Under the pieces are notes generated by a model. That model was given only the letters and a program-made list of their open reading frames with translations. It did no database searches and had not been told where the DNA came from. Shown here in pieces: positions 1 through 15,000 of a stretch of DNA of 64,000 bases. Position numbers and translations under genes: made by a program. How positions within the stretch are numbered: the stretch's first letter is position 1; every line of letters begins with the position of its first letter. This DNA is from Eledone cirrhosa (Eukaryota), in NCBI GenBank assembly GCA_964016885.1, contig OZ024741.1:64108001-64172000 (forward strand). The letters are read 5' to 3'.

Positions 1-645
1 TAGCTTCAGCCCTGCTACCTCCTTTGTGTATAGGTGTTACTGTTGCTTCTTTCGGTAGCTCTGGAAATATGCCGGTTTCTTACGACTTTTGAAATACGTA
101 GCATCTTTAATGAACTGGCGAGTCCGTTTTTGCAGTTTTTTTAACAGTATGGCTTGGAGACCGTCTGATCCCGGTTCTGGGTTTGAATTCAGATCATTAA
201 TTGCTGCAGCTATATAATCTTCCATAATATCTTTAATTTCTATATGTGTCTCTGCAGTTGAATTCTGTGGATCAACGAATTCGTCTGGATTATACACTAT
301 TTTGTTAATTAAACGTTGACACAAGGATTCACAAAATTGTGTTGGATTGCTAGTTTACGGTTCATTTTGTTCCATTAGAGGACAAATCTGGTTGTGAGTA
401 TATTTTTGTTTAGCAAAGTGGAAAAAAGAACTCCGCTGCTCGGCGTTTCTTTTGCAAAATTTCTTTTTCATAAAATGTGTTTATGTCCAGTTCAATTATC
501 TTTATTTTCAATGATCTTTATTTTAACTCATTAGTATCCGTCTATTTCGAACAAATTCCTGTGGAAATAAGCAGGTTTATATGGGACATGCTTTTGACAG
601 ATCTTGATTACCTTTGCGTACAGAATCGTTATTCCCTCGCTAAAG

Positions 646-675
646 CTGAGGTTGCCAATACCAGCGAAACCAGTC
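646..675 (+). ncRNA. Degenerate minimal hammerhead-ribozyme-like motif (Penelope-like element type)
   Basis: CTGAGGTTGCC-AATACC-AGCGAAACCAGTC resembles CTGANGA-stemII-GAAACCGGTC of PLE minimal hammerheads, but the core and stems carry several substitutions. Confidence 0.25.
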
Positions 676-744
676 ATAGACTTGATTGATGGTGAGAGCT
701 AGAATGTGTGTTGTTTATTTCTTTTACCAGACACACATGCACGT

Positions 745-870
745 TCATATATCTATGTGTACATATACATATGTACATGTATATTAGTGTGGATATGTAT
801 ATATATATATATTTATTTAATGTATATATATTCATGTGTGGGGGGGGGGGGTACATATACATATTTATTT
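745..870. repeat. Compound (TA)/(TG) microsatellite with a poly-G run
   Basis: Directly visible TA/TG dinucleotide runs and a G run at about 840-851. Confidence 0.85.
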
Positions 871-949
871 ATTATGGCTAAGTGGTGAGCCTTGTTACTC
901 TGGAGTTTTATCTTTGCACTCACAGTATCATCAGATAAGACTCAATAAC

Positions 950-2370
950 AGAGACAAGATACATTATAATTAGAAGAAGACTCAAGGGAATAAGTGTTTT
1001 TGAATGGATGTGTAAGGAAGAAAAGACGGGAATTATGAAAAGAGAAATGTGAAGAAAAAGGAAATAAAGACAGAACTAAGAGAAATGAGGAGGGCATGGA
1101 TATTGTGTATGCAATGATGATGATGATGAGGTTGATGATAGAAATTAGTAAGATTTACAAAAGGGTCTAGTTTCAGGTGATAAGGATAATGAATGGAATA
1201 TAAGTTGGTGGAGAGAATAAAATGATTACTGAAAAATATCATTACTTGAGAAAACAGTGGGTGTGGTATGTAGATGATGATGATGATGATGATGATGATA
1301 GAGCTGCAGTAGGAATTAATAAAGAAACAATAGAATGCTAATGCAATTTTTATTGTGGTAGAAGATGGAGTGAATCAAATGAAACGGTTCAGTAGATTTC
1401 TGCTTGTGGGAGGGTGCTGGTGGTGATGATGATGGTGGTGAAAATAACTTTGATGTGTAGGTGCGTGTATAAAGTATTTAGTAGATAATTGTTTCTACTT
1501 TTGGCACAAGACCAGCAATTACCCAGTGTATTACTGGTACTTTATTTTATCGACCCCGTAAGGATGAAAGGCAAAGTTAACCTCGGCGGGATTTGAACTC
1601 AGAATGGCAAGGGCCATAACTCAATGCGTCAAAGCATGGTGTCCGACCCTCTACCGATACTGCCAAGTTTTACATTTGTAAACAGTGGGGAATGAGGATG
1701 ATAATGATGTAGAGGATATAAAATAAAGAAGAGAAAAGAGGGTGTGGAAAGAAAAGACGAAAAGACAAAAAGAAGTAAGAAGTAAAAGAAAGAACAGAAA
1801 AAGAAAAAGAAATCAAAATTGGCATAATATATACGGTGATAGTGATGATGATGAAGAAAGGTAGTGAAATTAGTGACATAAGCAAAAGGGGTAGTTTGGG
1901 TCATGATGAATAGAAAACAAATATGTGGGTAGATGAGTATCTGTCAATTGGTGGAGGTGGATAATTGAATTACTTGAGAAGACAAAGGGTATGGTGTATG
2001 CGATGATGGTGATGATAAAGTTGAAATTAGGGAAATTATAGTGATAATATGATGGATTGATAATGATGATGGTAGTGGCTTGATCAAGTGAAATATGAAA
2101 ATATGAACATATCATATAATATAAGAAATATATTGTACATTAGTACTACTACTTATACCCATGATAGGCAATAATACTGGAGTACTGAACTAAAGATTAT
2201 TTGGAAATGGTGGGAAGTAGGAAAAGAAGGAATTAGGGATTAAGAAAATATGCAATGATGGAAATATGGGAATAATGATGAAAGTGGAGCAATGAGGAAA
2301 ATGGAGAAATGAAAAAGTAAAACGAAATAATGATAAAATAAGGAAATAATTAAAATAAAATCAGAAGGTA
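950..2370. repeat. Purine-rich low-complexity region with (GAT)n tracts
   Basis: Strong A/G skew on the + strand; (GAT)n at about 1114-1140 and 1272-1298. Confidence 0.6.
1491..1665 (-). mobile_element. tRNA-derived SINE (octopus OK/OR-like family)
   Basis: The minus strand has an A-box-like TGGCAGTATCGG and a B-box GAGTTCAAATCC, followed by GCCGAGGTTAACTTTGCCTTTCATCCTTACGGGGTCGATAAAATAAAGTACCAG, a body I recall from cephalopod SINEs. The family name is from memory and was not checked. Confidence 0.75.
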
Positions 2371-2377
2371 AAGTTCG

Positions 2378-2510
2378 GTGTGTGTGCGTGTGTGTGTATA
2401 TATATGTATGTGTGTGTGCGTGCGTGTGTGTGTGTGTGTATGTGTGTGTATGTGTGTGTGTGTGTGTGTTTGTGTGTGTGCGTGCGTGCGCGTGTGTGTG
2501 TATGTGTGTG
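2378..2510. repeat. (TG)n compound microsatellite
   Basis: Directly visible. Confidence 0.95.
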
Positions 2511-3801
2511 TCCCTAAGTGGCTGAATTATGACAAGGGCAGAGGTGGCGTCGCTCGTAAACAACTGATATAGATTGTCAATACAATACATCCTACTTCTC
2601 TGAGTGTTTGTAGGGAGGGGAGAAGTAGGTAATATTTATTTTGACCTATAAGACAGTAAATATAGAAAAAATTAATCTGTATTATATGTATATTAAATAA
2701 GCATACTAAATCCGCTGTCGTACTCATTATATTCTATTTCTTCAGTGATGTTTCACTGGTTTTTCAGTTAAATCTATCTTATACAAACTTAAAACTTTGT
2801 GGTGTTCTGTTCGAGATATCAGTGTCAAGTTCACTTTGGGAAATCATGTAAGGTTACATGCGGAAGCAAACGATAATTGTTCTTCATTTGCCAAAGGCTG
2901 AATTTTGATCAGATATTCAAATACATTAATGATTTTAGACGCGTAAGTTCTTTGCCTGACGGAAAATTTTGTCACTTTATTGCGATCTTTTGCAAACATT
3001 TCTATCACTATGTTTTTAAAAAATTCTCAACCACTAATTGGCTTATAAATAAAATTAGCTTGGTAATGGATTTGTCATGCTCTGAAAGATTTTCCTATAT
3101 TTCAAATATTCTTCAATACTAAGACTTCATAGTAAAAGTCTGTTTCTCCAGATCAGGGTATTTTTTTTTTTTACTTAGTTTTGAAGACATGAAAATATGC
3201 CATGAATGAATTAATATATCACGTGTCCTACACTAATAGTTTCAGCAATCGGAAACTTGAAACGATTCAGATCTCATCTTACAATAAAATTTACATACTC
3301 TACATTAGGTATTGAGTACTTGGTTTCCTGGGAGGAAATTGGCACGCTAATATAAGGGTTCCCTCCCTTTCTGAATACCATGTGCGTTATTTGGCTTCGG
3401 GGCCCTTCTATACTGTGGAACTAAATACTCGTTGATAAAGCTTTCCTCGTTCCTCTCTTCTCTATAAGTCTTATAAATCTTTTATGTGGGCTGATAGTGA
3501 TCGGATTAAGGAATTGCAGAAACCCAAGAAGCTAGATTTAACATCATTCTAGCGGGTACGGGTAAGTTTTACATTCATTTAATTTATTAATTTATTGATA
3601 TTTTATTTGAGTGACCCGAATCTTCCTGGTCGTTTATTTTCGGCTGCATGGGTGATTTTAGGCATCACCTCTATGTGTTGGTATTTTAACGATAGTTATA
3701 GCTCTGATTTTTCCGAATTATTGAGCCCTCTGTCACATATATCGGATATTGTTTATCGTGATTTCGTGGGCTGATATTCCGATTCTCGATTATTCTACTA
3801 A

Positions 3802-3822
3802 ATATATATATATATATATATA
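3802..3822. repeat. (TA)n microsatellite
   Basis: Directly visible. Confidence 0.9.
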
Positions 3823-3883
3823 ATGACGGTGATGAATTTGTTTTGCAAGGATTTTGATATGAAATCGTCGAAACATATATTAT

Positions 3884-3998
3884 TATACTTGGGGAGGGTC
3901 ATATTGTTATAATAGTATTGCCAGAAATAATAACAGAACACACTCACTGTTTGGTTGGTTTTCGCTTCTGCATCTTTTAACTCTCCATAGTTAATTTA
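3884..3998 (-). repeat. Left (unexpanded) arm of a ~115-bp inverted repeat containing a single CCAACCAAA seed
   Basis: The reverse complement of 3951-3998 matches 4166-4213 (3 mismatches in 48 bp). The reverse complement of 3884-3950 matches 52901-52967 (5 mismatches in 67 bp). Confidence 0.95.
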
Positions 3999-6029
3999 TT
4001 TGGCAATCAATGTTTATCATTGACTGACCAACGGTTAAAAATACAGATATAAATATATATAGTCTAACAAAGTTCTTTCGTTGCACATCTGCAACATCAT
4101 CAGTGGTACTATAATCATGTTTCCTCCTAGTGTGTTGTATGGTAATGTTCACGCCATATTTATTTTAAATTAACTATGGAGATATAAAAGATGCAGAAGC
4201 GAAATCCAACCAAACCAACCAAACCAACCAAACCAACCATACCAACCAAACTAAACACACCAACCATACCAGCCACACCAACCACACCAACCATACCAAC
4301 CAAACCAACGATACCAACCAAGCCAACAATAACAACCACACCAACCACACCAACCATACCAACCAAACCAACCATACCAACCTAACCAACCACACCAACC
4401 ACACCAACCATACCAACCAAACAAACCATACCAACCATACCAACCAAACCAACCACACCAACCACAGCAACAATACCAACCAAACCAACTACATCCAAAC
4501 CAACCAACCACATCAACCATACCAACCAAACCAACCAAACCAACCAAACCAACCACACCAATCATACCAACCAAACCAACTACACCAACCATACCAACCA
4601 AACCAACCAAACCAACAAAACCATCCAAACCAACCAAACCTACCACACCAACCGTACGAACCAAACCAACCATACAAAGCTAACCAACCATACCAACCAA
4701 ACCAACCACACCAACCGTACCAACCAAACCAACCACACCAACCATACCAACCATACCAACCAAACCAACCACACCAACCATACCAACCATACCAACCAAG
4801 CCAACAACACCAACCACAACAACCAAACCAACCAAACCAACCACACCAACCATACCAACCATACCAACCATACCAACCATACCAACCAAAGCAACCACAC
4901 CAACCACAGCAACCATACCAACCAAACCAACCATACCAACTAAACCAACCACACCAACCACACCAACCAAACCAACCAAACCAACCACACCAAACACATC
5001 AACCATACCAACCAAACCAACCATACCAACCAAACCAAAGAAACCAACCACACCAACCATACCAACCAAACCAACCATACCAACCAAAGCAACCACACCA
5101 ACCACAGCAACCATACCAACCAAACCAACCATACCAACTAAACCAACCACACCAACCACACCAACCAAACCAACCAAACCAACCACACCAACCACATCAA
5201 CCATACCAACCAAACCAACCATACCAACCAAACCAAAGAAACCAACCACACCAACCAAGCCAACAACACCAACCACAACAACCAAACCAACCAAACCAAC
5301 CACACCAACCACACCAACCACACCAACCATGCCAACCATACCAACCATACCAACCACATCAACCATACCAACCAAACCAACCATACCAACCAAATCAAAG
5401 AAACCAACCACACCAACCGAACCAACCACACCAACCATACCAACCAAACCAACCATACCAACCAAACCAAAGAAACCAACCACACCAACCAAAACAACCA
5501 CACCAACCATACCAACCAAACCAACCATACCAACCAAACCAAAGAAACCAACCACACCAACCAAACCAACCACACCAACCATAACAACCACACCAACCAC
5601 ACCAACCATACTAACCAAACCAACCACACCAACCACACCAACCAAACCAACCAAACCAACCACACCAACCATACCAACCATACCAACCATACCAACCAAA
5701 CCAACCACACTAACCATACCAACCAAACCAACAACACCAACCACACCAACCGAACCAACGAAACCAACCACACCAACCATACCAACCATACCAACCATAC
5801 CAACCACACCAACCACAACAACCATACCAACCATACCAACCAAACCAACCAGACCAACCATACCAACCATACCAACCAAACCAACCAAACCAACCACACC
5901 AACCACACCAACCGTACCAACCAAACCAACCATACCAACCAAACCCCCCACACCAACCACACCAACGATACCAACCAGACCAACCATACCAACCACACCA
6001 ACCACACCAACCAAACCAACCATACTAAC

Positions 6030-9000
6030 CAAACTAACCACACCAACCATACCAAATATACCAACCACACCAACCACACTAACCAAACAAACCATACCAA
6101 CCATACCAACCATACCAACCACACCAACCGTACCAACCAAACCAACCACAACAACCATACCAACCATACCAACCAAACCAACCACACCAACCATACCAAC
6201 CATACCAACCAAACCAACCAGACCAACCATACCAACCATACCAACCAAACCAACCAAACCAACCACACCAACCACACCAACCATACCAACCACACCAACC
6301 ATACCAACCAAACCAACCACACCAACCATAACAACCATACCAACCACACCAACCACACTAACCATACCAACCAAACCAACCATACCAACCAAACCAACCA
6401 CACCAACCATAACAACCATACCAACCACACCAACCACACTAACCATACCAACCAAAACAACCATACCAACCATACCAACCAGACCAACCACACCAACCGT
6501 ACCAACCAAACCAACCACAACAAATATACCAACCATACCAACCAAACCAACCACACCCACCATACCAACCATACCAACCAAACCAACCAGACCAACCATA
6601 CCAACCATACCAACCAAACCAACCAAACCAACCACACCAACCACACCAACCATACCAACCAAACCAACCATACCAACCAAACCACCCACACCAACCACAC
6701 CAACGATACCAACCAAACCAACCATACCAACCACACCAACCACACCAACCAAACCAACCAAACCAAACAAACAAAAAAAACCAACCATACCAACCAAACT
6801 AAACACACCAACCATACCAACCATACCAACCACACCAACCACGCCAACCATACCAACCAAACCAACCATACCAACCAAACCAACCACACTAACCACGCCA
6901 ACCACACCAAACATACAAACCAAACCAACCAAACCAACCAAACCAACCACACCAACCACACCAACCATACCAACCAAACCAACCATACCAACCATACCAC
7001 CCAAACCAACCACACCAACCACACCAACCATACCAACCAAACCAACCATACCAACCAAACCAACCAAACCAACCACACCAACCACACCAACCATACCAAC
7101 CAAGCCAACCATACCAACCACACCAACCACACCAACCAAACCAACCAAACCAAACAAACAAACCAAACCAACCATACCAACCAAACTAAACACACCAACC
7201 ATACCAACCATACCAACCACACCAACCACGCCAACCATACCAACCAAACCAACCATACCAACCAAACCAACCACACTAACCACGCCAACCACACCAAACA
7301 TACAAACCAAACCAACCAAACCAACCAAACCAACCACACCAACCACACCAACCATACCAACCAAACCAACCATACCAACCATACCACCCAAACCAACCAC
7401 ACCAACCACACCAACCATACCAACCAAACCAACCATACCAACCAAACCAACCAAACCAACCACACCAACCACACCAACCATACCAACCAAGCCAACCATA
7501 CCAACCACACCAACCACACCAACCAAACCAACCAAACCAAACAAACAAACCAAACCAACCATACCAACCAAACTAAACACACCAACCATACCAACCATAC
7601 CAACCACACCAACCACGCCAAACATACCAACCAAACCAACCATACCAACCAAACCAACCACACCAACCACGCCAACCACACCAAACATACAAACCAAACC
7701 AACCAAACCAACCAAACCAACCACACCAACCACACCAACCATACCAACCAAACCAACCATAACAACCATACCACCCAAACCAACCACACCAACCACAGCA
7801 ACCATACCAACCAAACCAACCATACCAACTAAACCAACCACACCAACCACATCAACCAAACCAACCACACCAACCACACCAACCATACCAACCATACCAA
7901 CCAAACCAACCATACCAACCAAACCAACCAAACCAACCACACCAACCACACCAACCATACCAACCAAACCAACCATACCAACCAAACAAAAGAAACCAAC
8001 CACACCAACCATACCAACCATACCAACCATACCAACCAAACCAAACAAAACAACCACACCAACCATGCCAACCATACCAACCAAACCAACCAAACCAACA
8101 ACACCAACCACATCAACCATACCAACCAAACCAACCATACCAACCAAACCAAAGAAACCAACCACACCAACCGTACCAACCATACCAACCAAACCAAACA
8201 AACCAACCACACCAACCATGCCAACCATACCAACCATACCAACCAAACTAACCACACCAACCATACCAACCACGCCAACAACACCAACCATACCAGCCAA
8301 ACCAACCATACCAACCAAACCAACAACACCAATCATACCAACCAAACCAACCACACCAACCACACCAACCAAACCAACCATACCAACCATAAAAACCAAA
8401 CCAACCATACCAACCAAACCAAACACAACAACCAAACCAACCATAACAACCATACCAACCAAACCAACTAGACCAACCAAACCAACCACACCAACCACAC
8501 CAACCATACCAACTAAACCAACCAAACCAACCAAACCAACCAAACCAACCAAACCAACCATACAAACCAAACTAAACACACCAACCATACCAACCACACC
8601 AACCACACCAACCATACCAACCAAACCAACGAAACCAACCAAACCAACCACACCAACCATACCAACCAAACCAACGAAACCAACCAAACCAACCATACCA
8701 ACCACACCAACCACACCAACCATACCAACCAAACCAACGAAACCAACGAAACCAACCACACCAACCATACCAACCAAACCAACCATACCAACCACACCAA
8801 CCATACCAACCAAACCAACCACACCAACCACAGCAACCATACGAACCAAACCAACCATACCAACTAAACCAACCACACCAACCACACCAACCATACCAAC
8901 CAAACCAAACATACCAACCAAACCAACCAAACCAACCACGCCAACCATACCAACCAAACCAACCATACCAACCAAACCAACCACACCAACCACGCCAACC

Positions 9001-12000
9001 ACACCAAACATACAAACCAAACCAACCAAACCAACCAAACCAACCACACCAACCACACCAACCATACCAACCAAACCAACCATACCAACCATACCACCCA
9101 AACCAACCACACCAACCACAGCAACCATACCAACCAAACCAACCATACCAACTAAACCAACCACACCAACCACACCAACCATACCAACCAAACCAACCAT
9201 ACCAACCAAACCAACCAAACCAACCACACCAACCACACCAACCATACCAACCAAACCAACCATACCAACCAAACCAAAGAAACCAACCACACCAACCATA
9301 CCAACCATACCAACCAAACCAAACAAAACAACCACACCAACCATGCCAACCATACCAACCAAACCAACCAAACCAACCACACCAACCATACCAACCATAC
9401 CAACCAAACCAAACAAACCAACCACACCAACCATGCCAACCATACCAACCATGCCAACCATACCAACCAAACCAAAGAAACCAACCACACCAACCATACC
9501 AACCATACCAACCAAACCAAACAAACCAACCACACCAACCATACCAACCAAACCAACCATACCAACCATGCCAACCATACCAACCATACTAACCAAACCA
9601 ACCAAACCAACCACGCCAACAACACCAACCATACCAGCCAAACCAACCATACCAACCAAACCAACAACACCAACCACACCAACCATACCAACCAAACCAA
9701 CCACACCAACCACACCAACCAGACCAACCAAACCAACCATACCAACCAGACCAACCACACCAACCAGACCAACCAAACCAACCACACCAACCACACCAAC
9801 CACAACAAACACACCAACAGTACCAACCGAACCAACCACACCAACCATACCAACCATACCAACCGTACCAACCGAACCAACCAAACCAACCACACCAACC
9901 ACACCAACCATACCAACTAAACCAACCAAACCAACGAAACCAACCACACCAACCACACCAACCACACCAACCACACCAACCACACCAACCACACCAACCA
10001 TACCAACCACACCAAACAAACCAACCATACCAACCATACCAACCAAACCAACTATACCAACCATACCAACCACACCAACCAAACCAACCATACCAACCAA
10101 ACCAAACAAACCAACCATACCAACCATACCAACCAAACCAACTATACTAACCAAACCAACCACACCAACCATACCAACCATACCAACCACACCAACCACA
10201 CTAACCACTCCAACCAAACCAACCATACCAACCATACCAACCAAACCAACCACACCAACCATACCAACCATACCAACCAAACCAACCACACCAACCATAC
10301 CAACCAAGCCAACCATACCAACCAAACCAACCACACCAACCATACCAACCATACCAACCAGACCAACCATACTAACCATACCAACCACACCAACCATACC
10401 AACCATACCAACCAGACCAACCACACTGACCACACCAACCAAACCAACCATACCAACCATACCAACCAGACCAACCACACCAACCGTACCAACCAAACCA
10501 ACCACACCAAACATACCAACCAAACCAACCACACCAACCATACCAACCATACCAACCAAACCAACCAGACCAACCATACCAACCATACCAACCAAACCAA
10601 CCTAACCAACCACACCAACCACACCAACCGTACCAACCAAACCAACCACAACAAACATACCAACCATACCAACCAAACCAACCACAGCAACCAAACCAAC
10701 CATACCAACCATACTAACCAAACCAACCACACCAACCATACCAACCATACCAACCACACCAACCACACTAACCATACCAACCAAACCAACCATACCAACC
10801 ATACCAACCATACCAACCAGACCAAACACACCAACCGTACCAACCAAACCAACCACACCAAACATACCAACCAAACCAACCACACCAATCATACCAACCA
10901 TACCAACCAAACCAACCAGACCAACCATACCAACCATACCAACCAAACCAACCAAACCAACCACACCAACCACACCAACCATACCAACCAAACCAACCAC
11001 ACCAACCATACCAACCATACCAACCAAACCAACCATACCAACCAAACCAACCATACCAACCAAACCAACCACAACAACCATACCAACCAAACCAACCAAA
11101 CCAACCAAACCAACAAAACCACCCACACCAACCACACCAACGATACCAACCAAACCAACCACACCAACCATACCAACCATACCAACCACACCAACCACAC
11201 CAACCAAACCAACCAAACCAAACAAACCAACCACACCAACCATACCAACCACACCAACCATACCAACCATACCAACCAAACCAACCACACCAACCACACC
11301 AACCAAACCAACCAAACCAAACAAACCAACCACACTAACCATACCAACCATACCAACCTCACCAACCAAACCAACTATACCAACCACACCAACCATACCA
11401 ACCATACCAACCACACCAACCACACCAACCAAACCAACCAAACCAACCACACCAACCATACCAACCACACCAACCATACCAACCATACCAACCATACCAA
11501 CCAAACCAACCACACCAACCACACCAACCAAACTATCCAAACCAACCATACCAACATAAACAAATCACACCAACCATACCAACCATACCAAGCAAACCAA
11601 CCACACCAACCAAACCAACCATACCAACCAAACCAACCACACCAACAATACTAACCAAACCAACCACACCAACCATACCAACCAAACCAACCACACCAAC
11701 CAGACCAACCATACCAACCAAACCAACCAAACCAACCTCACCAACCATACCAACAAAACCAACCAAACCAACCAAACCAACCATACCAACCAAACCAACC
11801 ACACCAACCAAACCAACCACACCAACCATACCAACCAAACCAACCACACCAACCATACCAACCAAACCAACAACACCAACAATACCAACCAGACCAACCA
11901 TACCAACCAAACTAACCACACCAACCATACCAACCATACCAACCACACCAACCACACTAACCAAACAAACCATACCAACCATACCAACCATACCAACCAC

Positions 12001-15000
12001 ACCAACCGTACCAACCAAACCAACCACAACAACCATACCAACCATACCAACCAAACCAACCACACCAACCATACCAACCATACCAACCAAATCAACCAGA
12101 CCAACCATACCAACCATACCAACCAAACCAACCAAACCAACCACACCAACCACACCAACCATACCAACCAAACCAACCATACCAACCAAACCAACCACAC
12201 CAACCATAACAACCATACCAACCACACCAACCACACTAACCATACCAACCAAACCAACCATACCAACCATACCAACCAGACCAACCACACCAACCGTACC
12301 AACCAAACCAACCACAACAAATATACCAACCATACCAACCAAACCAACCACACCCACCATACCAACCATACCAACCAAACCAACCAGACCAACCATACCA
12401 ACCATACCAACCAAACCAACCAAACCAACCACACCAACCACACCAACCATACCAACCAAACCAACCATACCAACCAAACCACCCACACCAACCACACCAA
12501 CGATACCAACCAAACCAACCATACCAACCACACCAACCACACCAACCAAACCAACCAAACCAAACAAACAAAAAAAACCAACCATACCAACCAAACTAAA
12601 CACACCAACCATACCAACCATACCAACCACACCAACCACGCCAACCATACCAACCAAACCAACCATACCAACCAAACCAACCACACTAACCACGCCAACC
12701 ACACCAAACATACAAACCAAACCAACCAAACCAACCAAACCGACCACACCAACCACACCAACCATACCAACCAAACCAACCATACCAACCATACCACCCA
12801 AACCAACCACACCAACCACACCAACCATACCAACCAAACCAACCATACCAACCAAACCAACCAAACCAACCACACCAACCACACCAACCATACCAACCAA
12901 GCCAACCATACCAACCACACCAACCACACCAACCAAACCAACCAAACCAAACAAACAAACCAAACCAACCATACCAACCAAACTAAACACACCAACCATA
13001 CCAACCATACCAACCACACCAACCACGCCAACCATACCAACCAAACCAACCATACCAACCAAACCAACCACACCAACCACGCCAACCATACCAAACATAC
13101 AAACCAAACCAACCAAACCAACCAAACCAACCACACCAACCACACCAACCATACCAACCAAACCAACCATAACAACCATACCACCCAAACCAACCACACC
13201 AACCACAGCAACCATACCAACCAAACCAACCATACCAACTAAACCAACCACACCAACCACATCAACCAAACCAACCACACCAACCACACCAACCATACCA
13301 ACCATACCAACCAAACCAACCATACCAACCAAACCAACCAAACCAACCACACCAACCACACCAACCATACCAACCAAACCAACCATACCAACCAAACAAA
13401 AGAAACCAACCACACCAACCATACCAACCATACCAACCAAACCAAACAAAACAACCACACCAACCATGCCAACCATACCAACCAAACCAACCAAACCAAC
13501 AACACCAACCACATCAACCATACCAACCAAACCAACCATACCAACCAAACCAAAGAAACCAACCACACCAACCGTACCAACCATACCAACCAAACCAAAC
13601 AAACCAACCACACCAACCATGCCAACCATACCAACCATACCAACCAAACTAACCACACCAACCATACCAACCACGCCAACAACACCAACCATACCAGCCA
13701 AACCAACCATACCAACCAAACCAACAACACCAATCATACCAACCAAACCAACCACACCAACCACACCAACCAAACCAACCATACCAACCATAAAAACCAA
13801 ACCAACCATACCAACCAAACCAAACACAACAACCAAACCAACCATAACAACCATACCAACCAAACCAACTAGACCAACCAAACCAACCACACCAACCACA
13901 CCAACCATACCAACTAAACCAACCAAACCAACCAAACCAACCAAACCAACCAAACCAACCATACAAACCAAACTAAACACACCAACCATACCAACCACAC
14001 CAACCACACCAACCATACCAACCAAACCAACAAAACCAACCAAACCAACCACACCAACCATACCAACCAAACCAACGAAACCAACCAAACCAACCATACC
14101 AACCACACCAACCACACCAACCATACCAACCAAACCAACGAAACCAACGAAACCAACCACACCAACCATACCAACCAAACCAACCATACCAACCACACCA
14201 ACCATACCAACCAAACCAACCACACCAACCACAGCAACCATACGAACCAAACCAACCATACCAACTAAACCAACCACACCAACCACACCAACCATACCAA
14301 CCAAACCAAACATACCAACCAAACCAACCACACCAACCACGCCAACCACACCAAACATACAAACCAAACCAACCAAACCAACCAAACCAACCACACCAAC
14401 CACACCAACCATACCAACCAAACCAACCATACCAACCATACCACCCAAACCAACCACACCAACCACAGCAACCATACCAACCAAACCAACCATACCAACT
14501 AAACCAACCACACCAACCACACCAACCATACCAACCAAACCAACCATACCAACCAAACCAACCAAACCAACCACACCAACCACACCAACCATACCAACCA
14601 AACCAACCATACCAACCAAACCAAAGAAACCAACCACACCAACCATACCAACCATACCAACCAAACCAAACAAAACAACCACACCAACCATGCCAACCAT
14701 ACCAACCAAACCAACCAAACCAACCACACCAACCATTCCAACCATACCAACCAAACCAAACAAACCAACCACACCAACCATGCCAACCATACCAACCATG
14801 CCAACCATACCAACCAAACCAAAGAAACCAACCACACCAACCATACCAACCATACCAACCAAACCAAACAAACCAACCACACCAACCATACCAACCATGC
14901 CAACCATACCAACCATACTAACCAAACCAACCAAACCAACCACGCCAACAACACCAACCATACCAGCCAAACCAACCATACCAACCAAACCAACAACACC

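Noticed and set aside
37-324. 95-aa ORF as a host gene
   Set aside because: It has a non-ATG start and no recognisable motif. It may be a transposon remnant but cannot be assigned from this window.
674-2590. Small ORFs rich in YI/CV/TH/HHH/F
   Set aside because: These are translations of microsatellites and low-complexity purine tracts.
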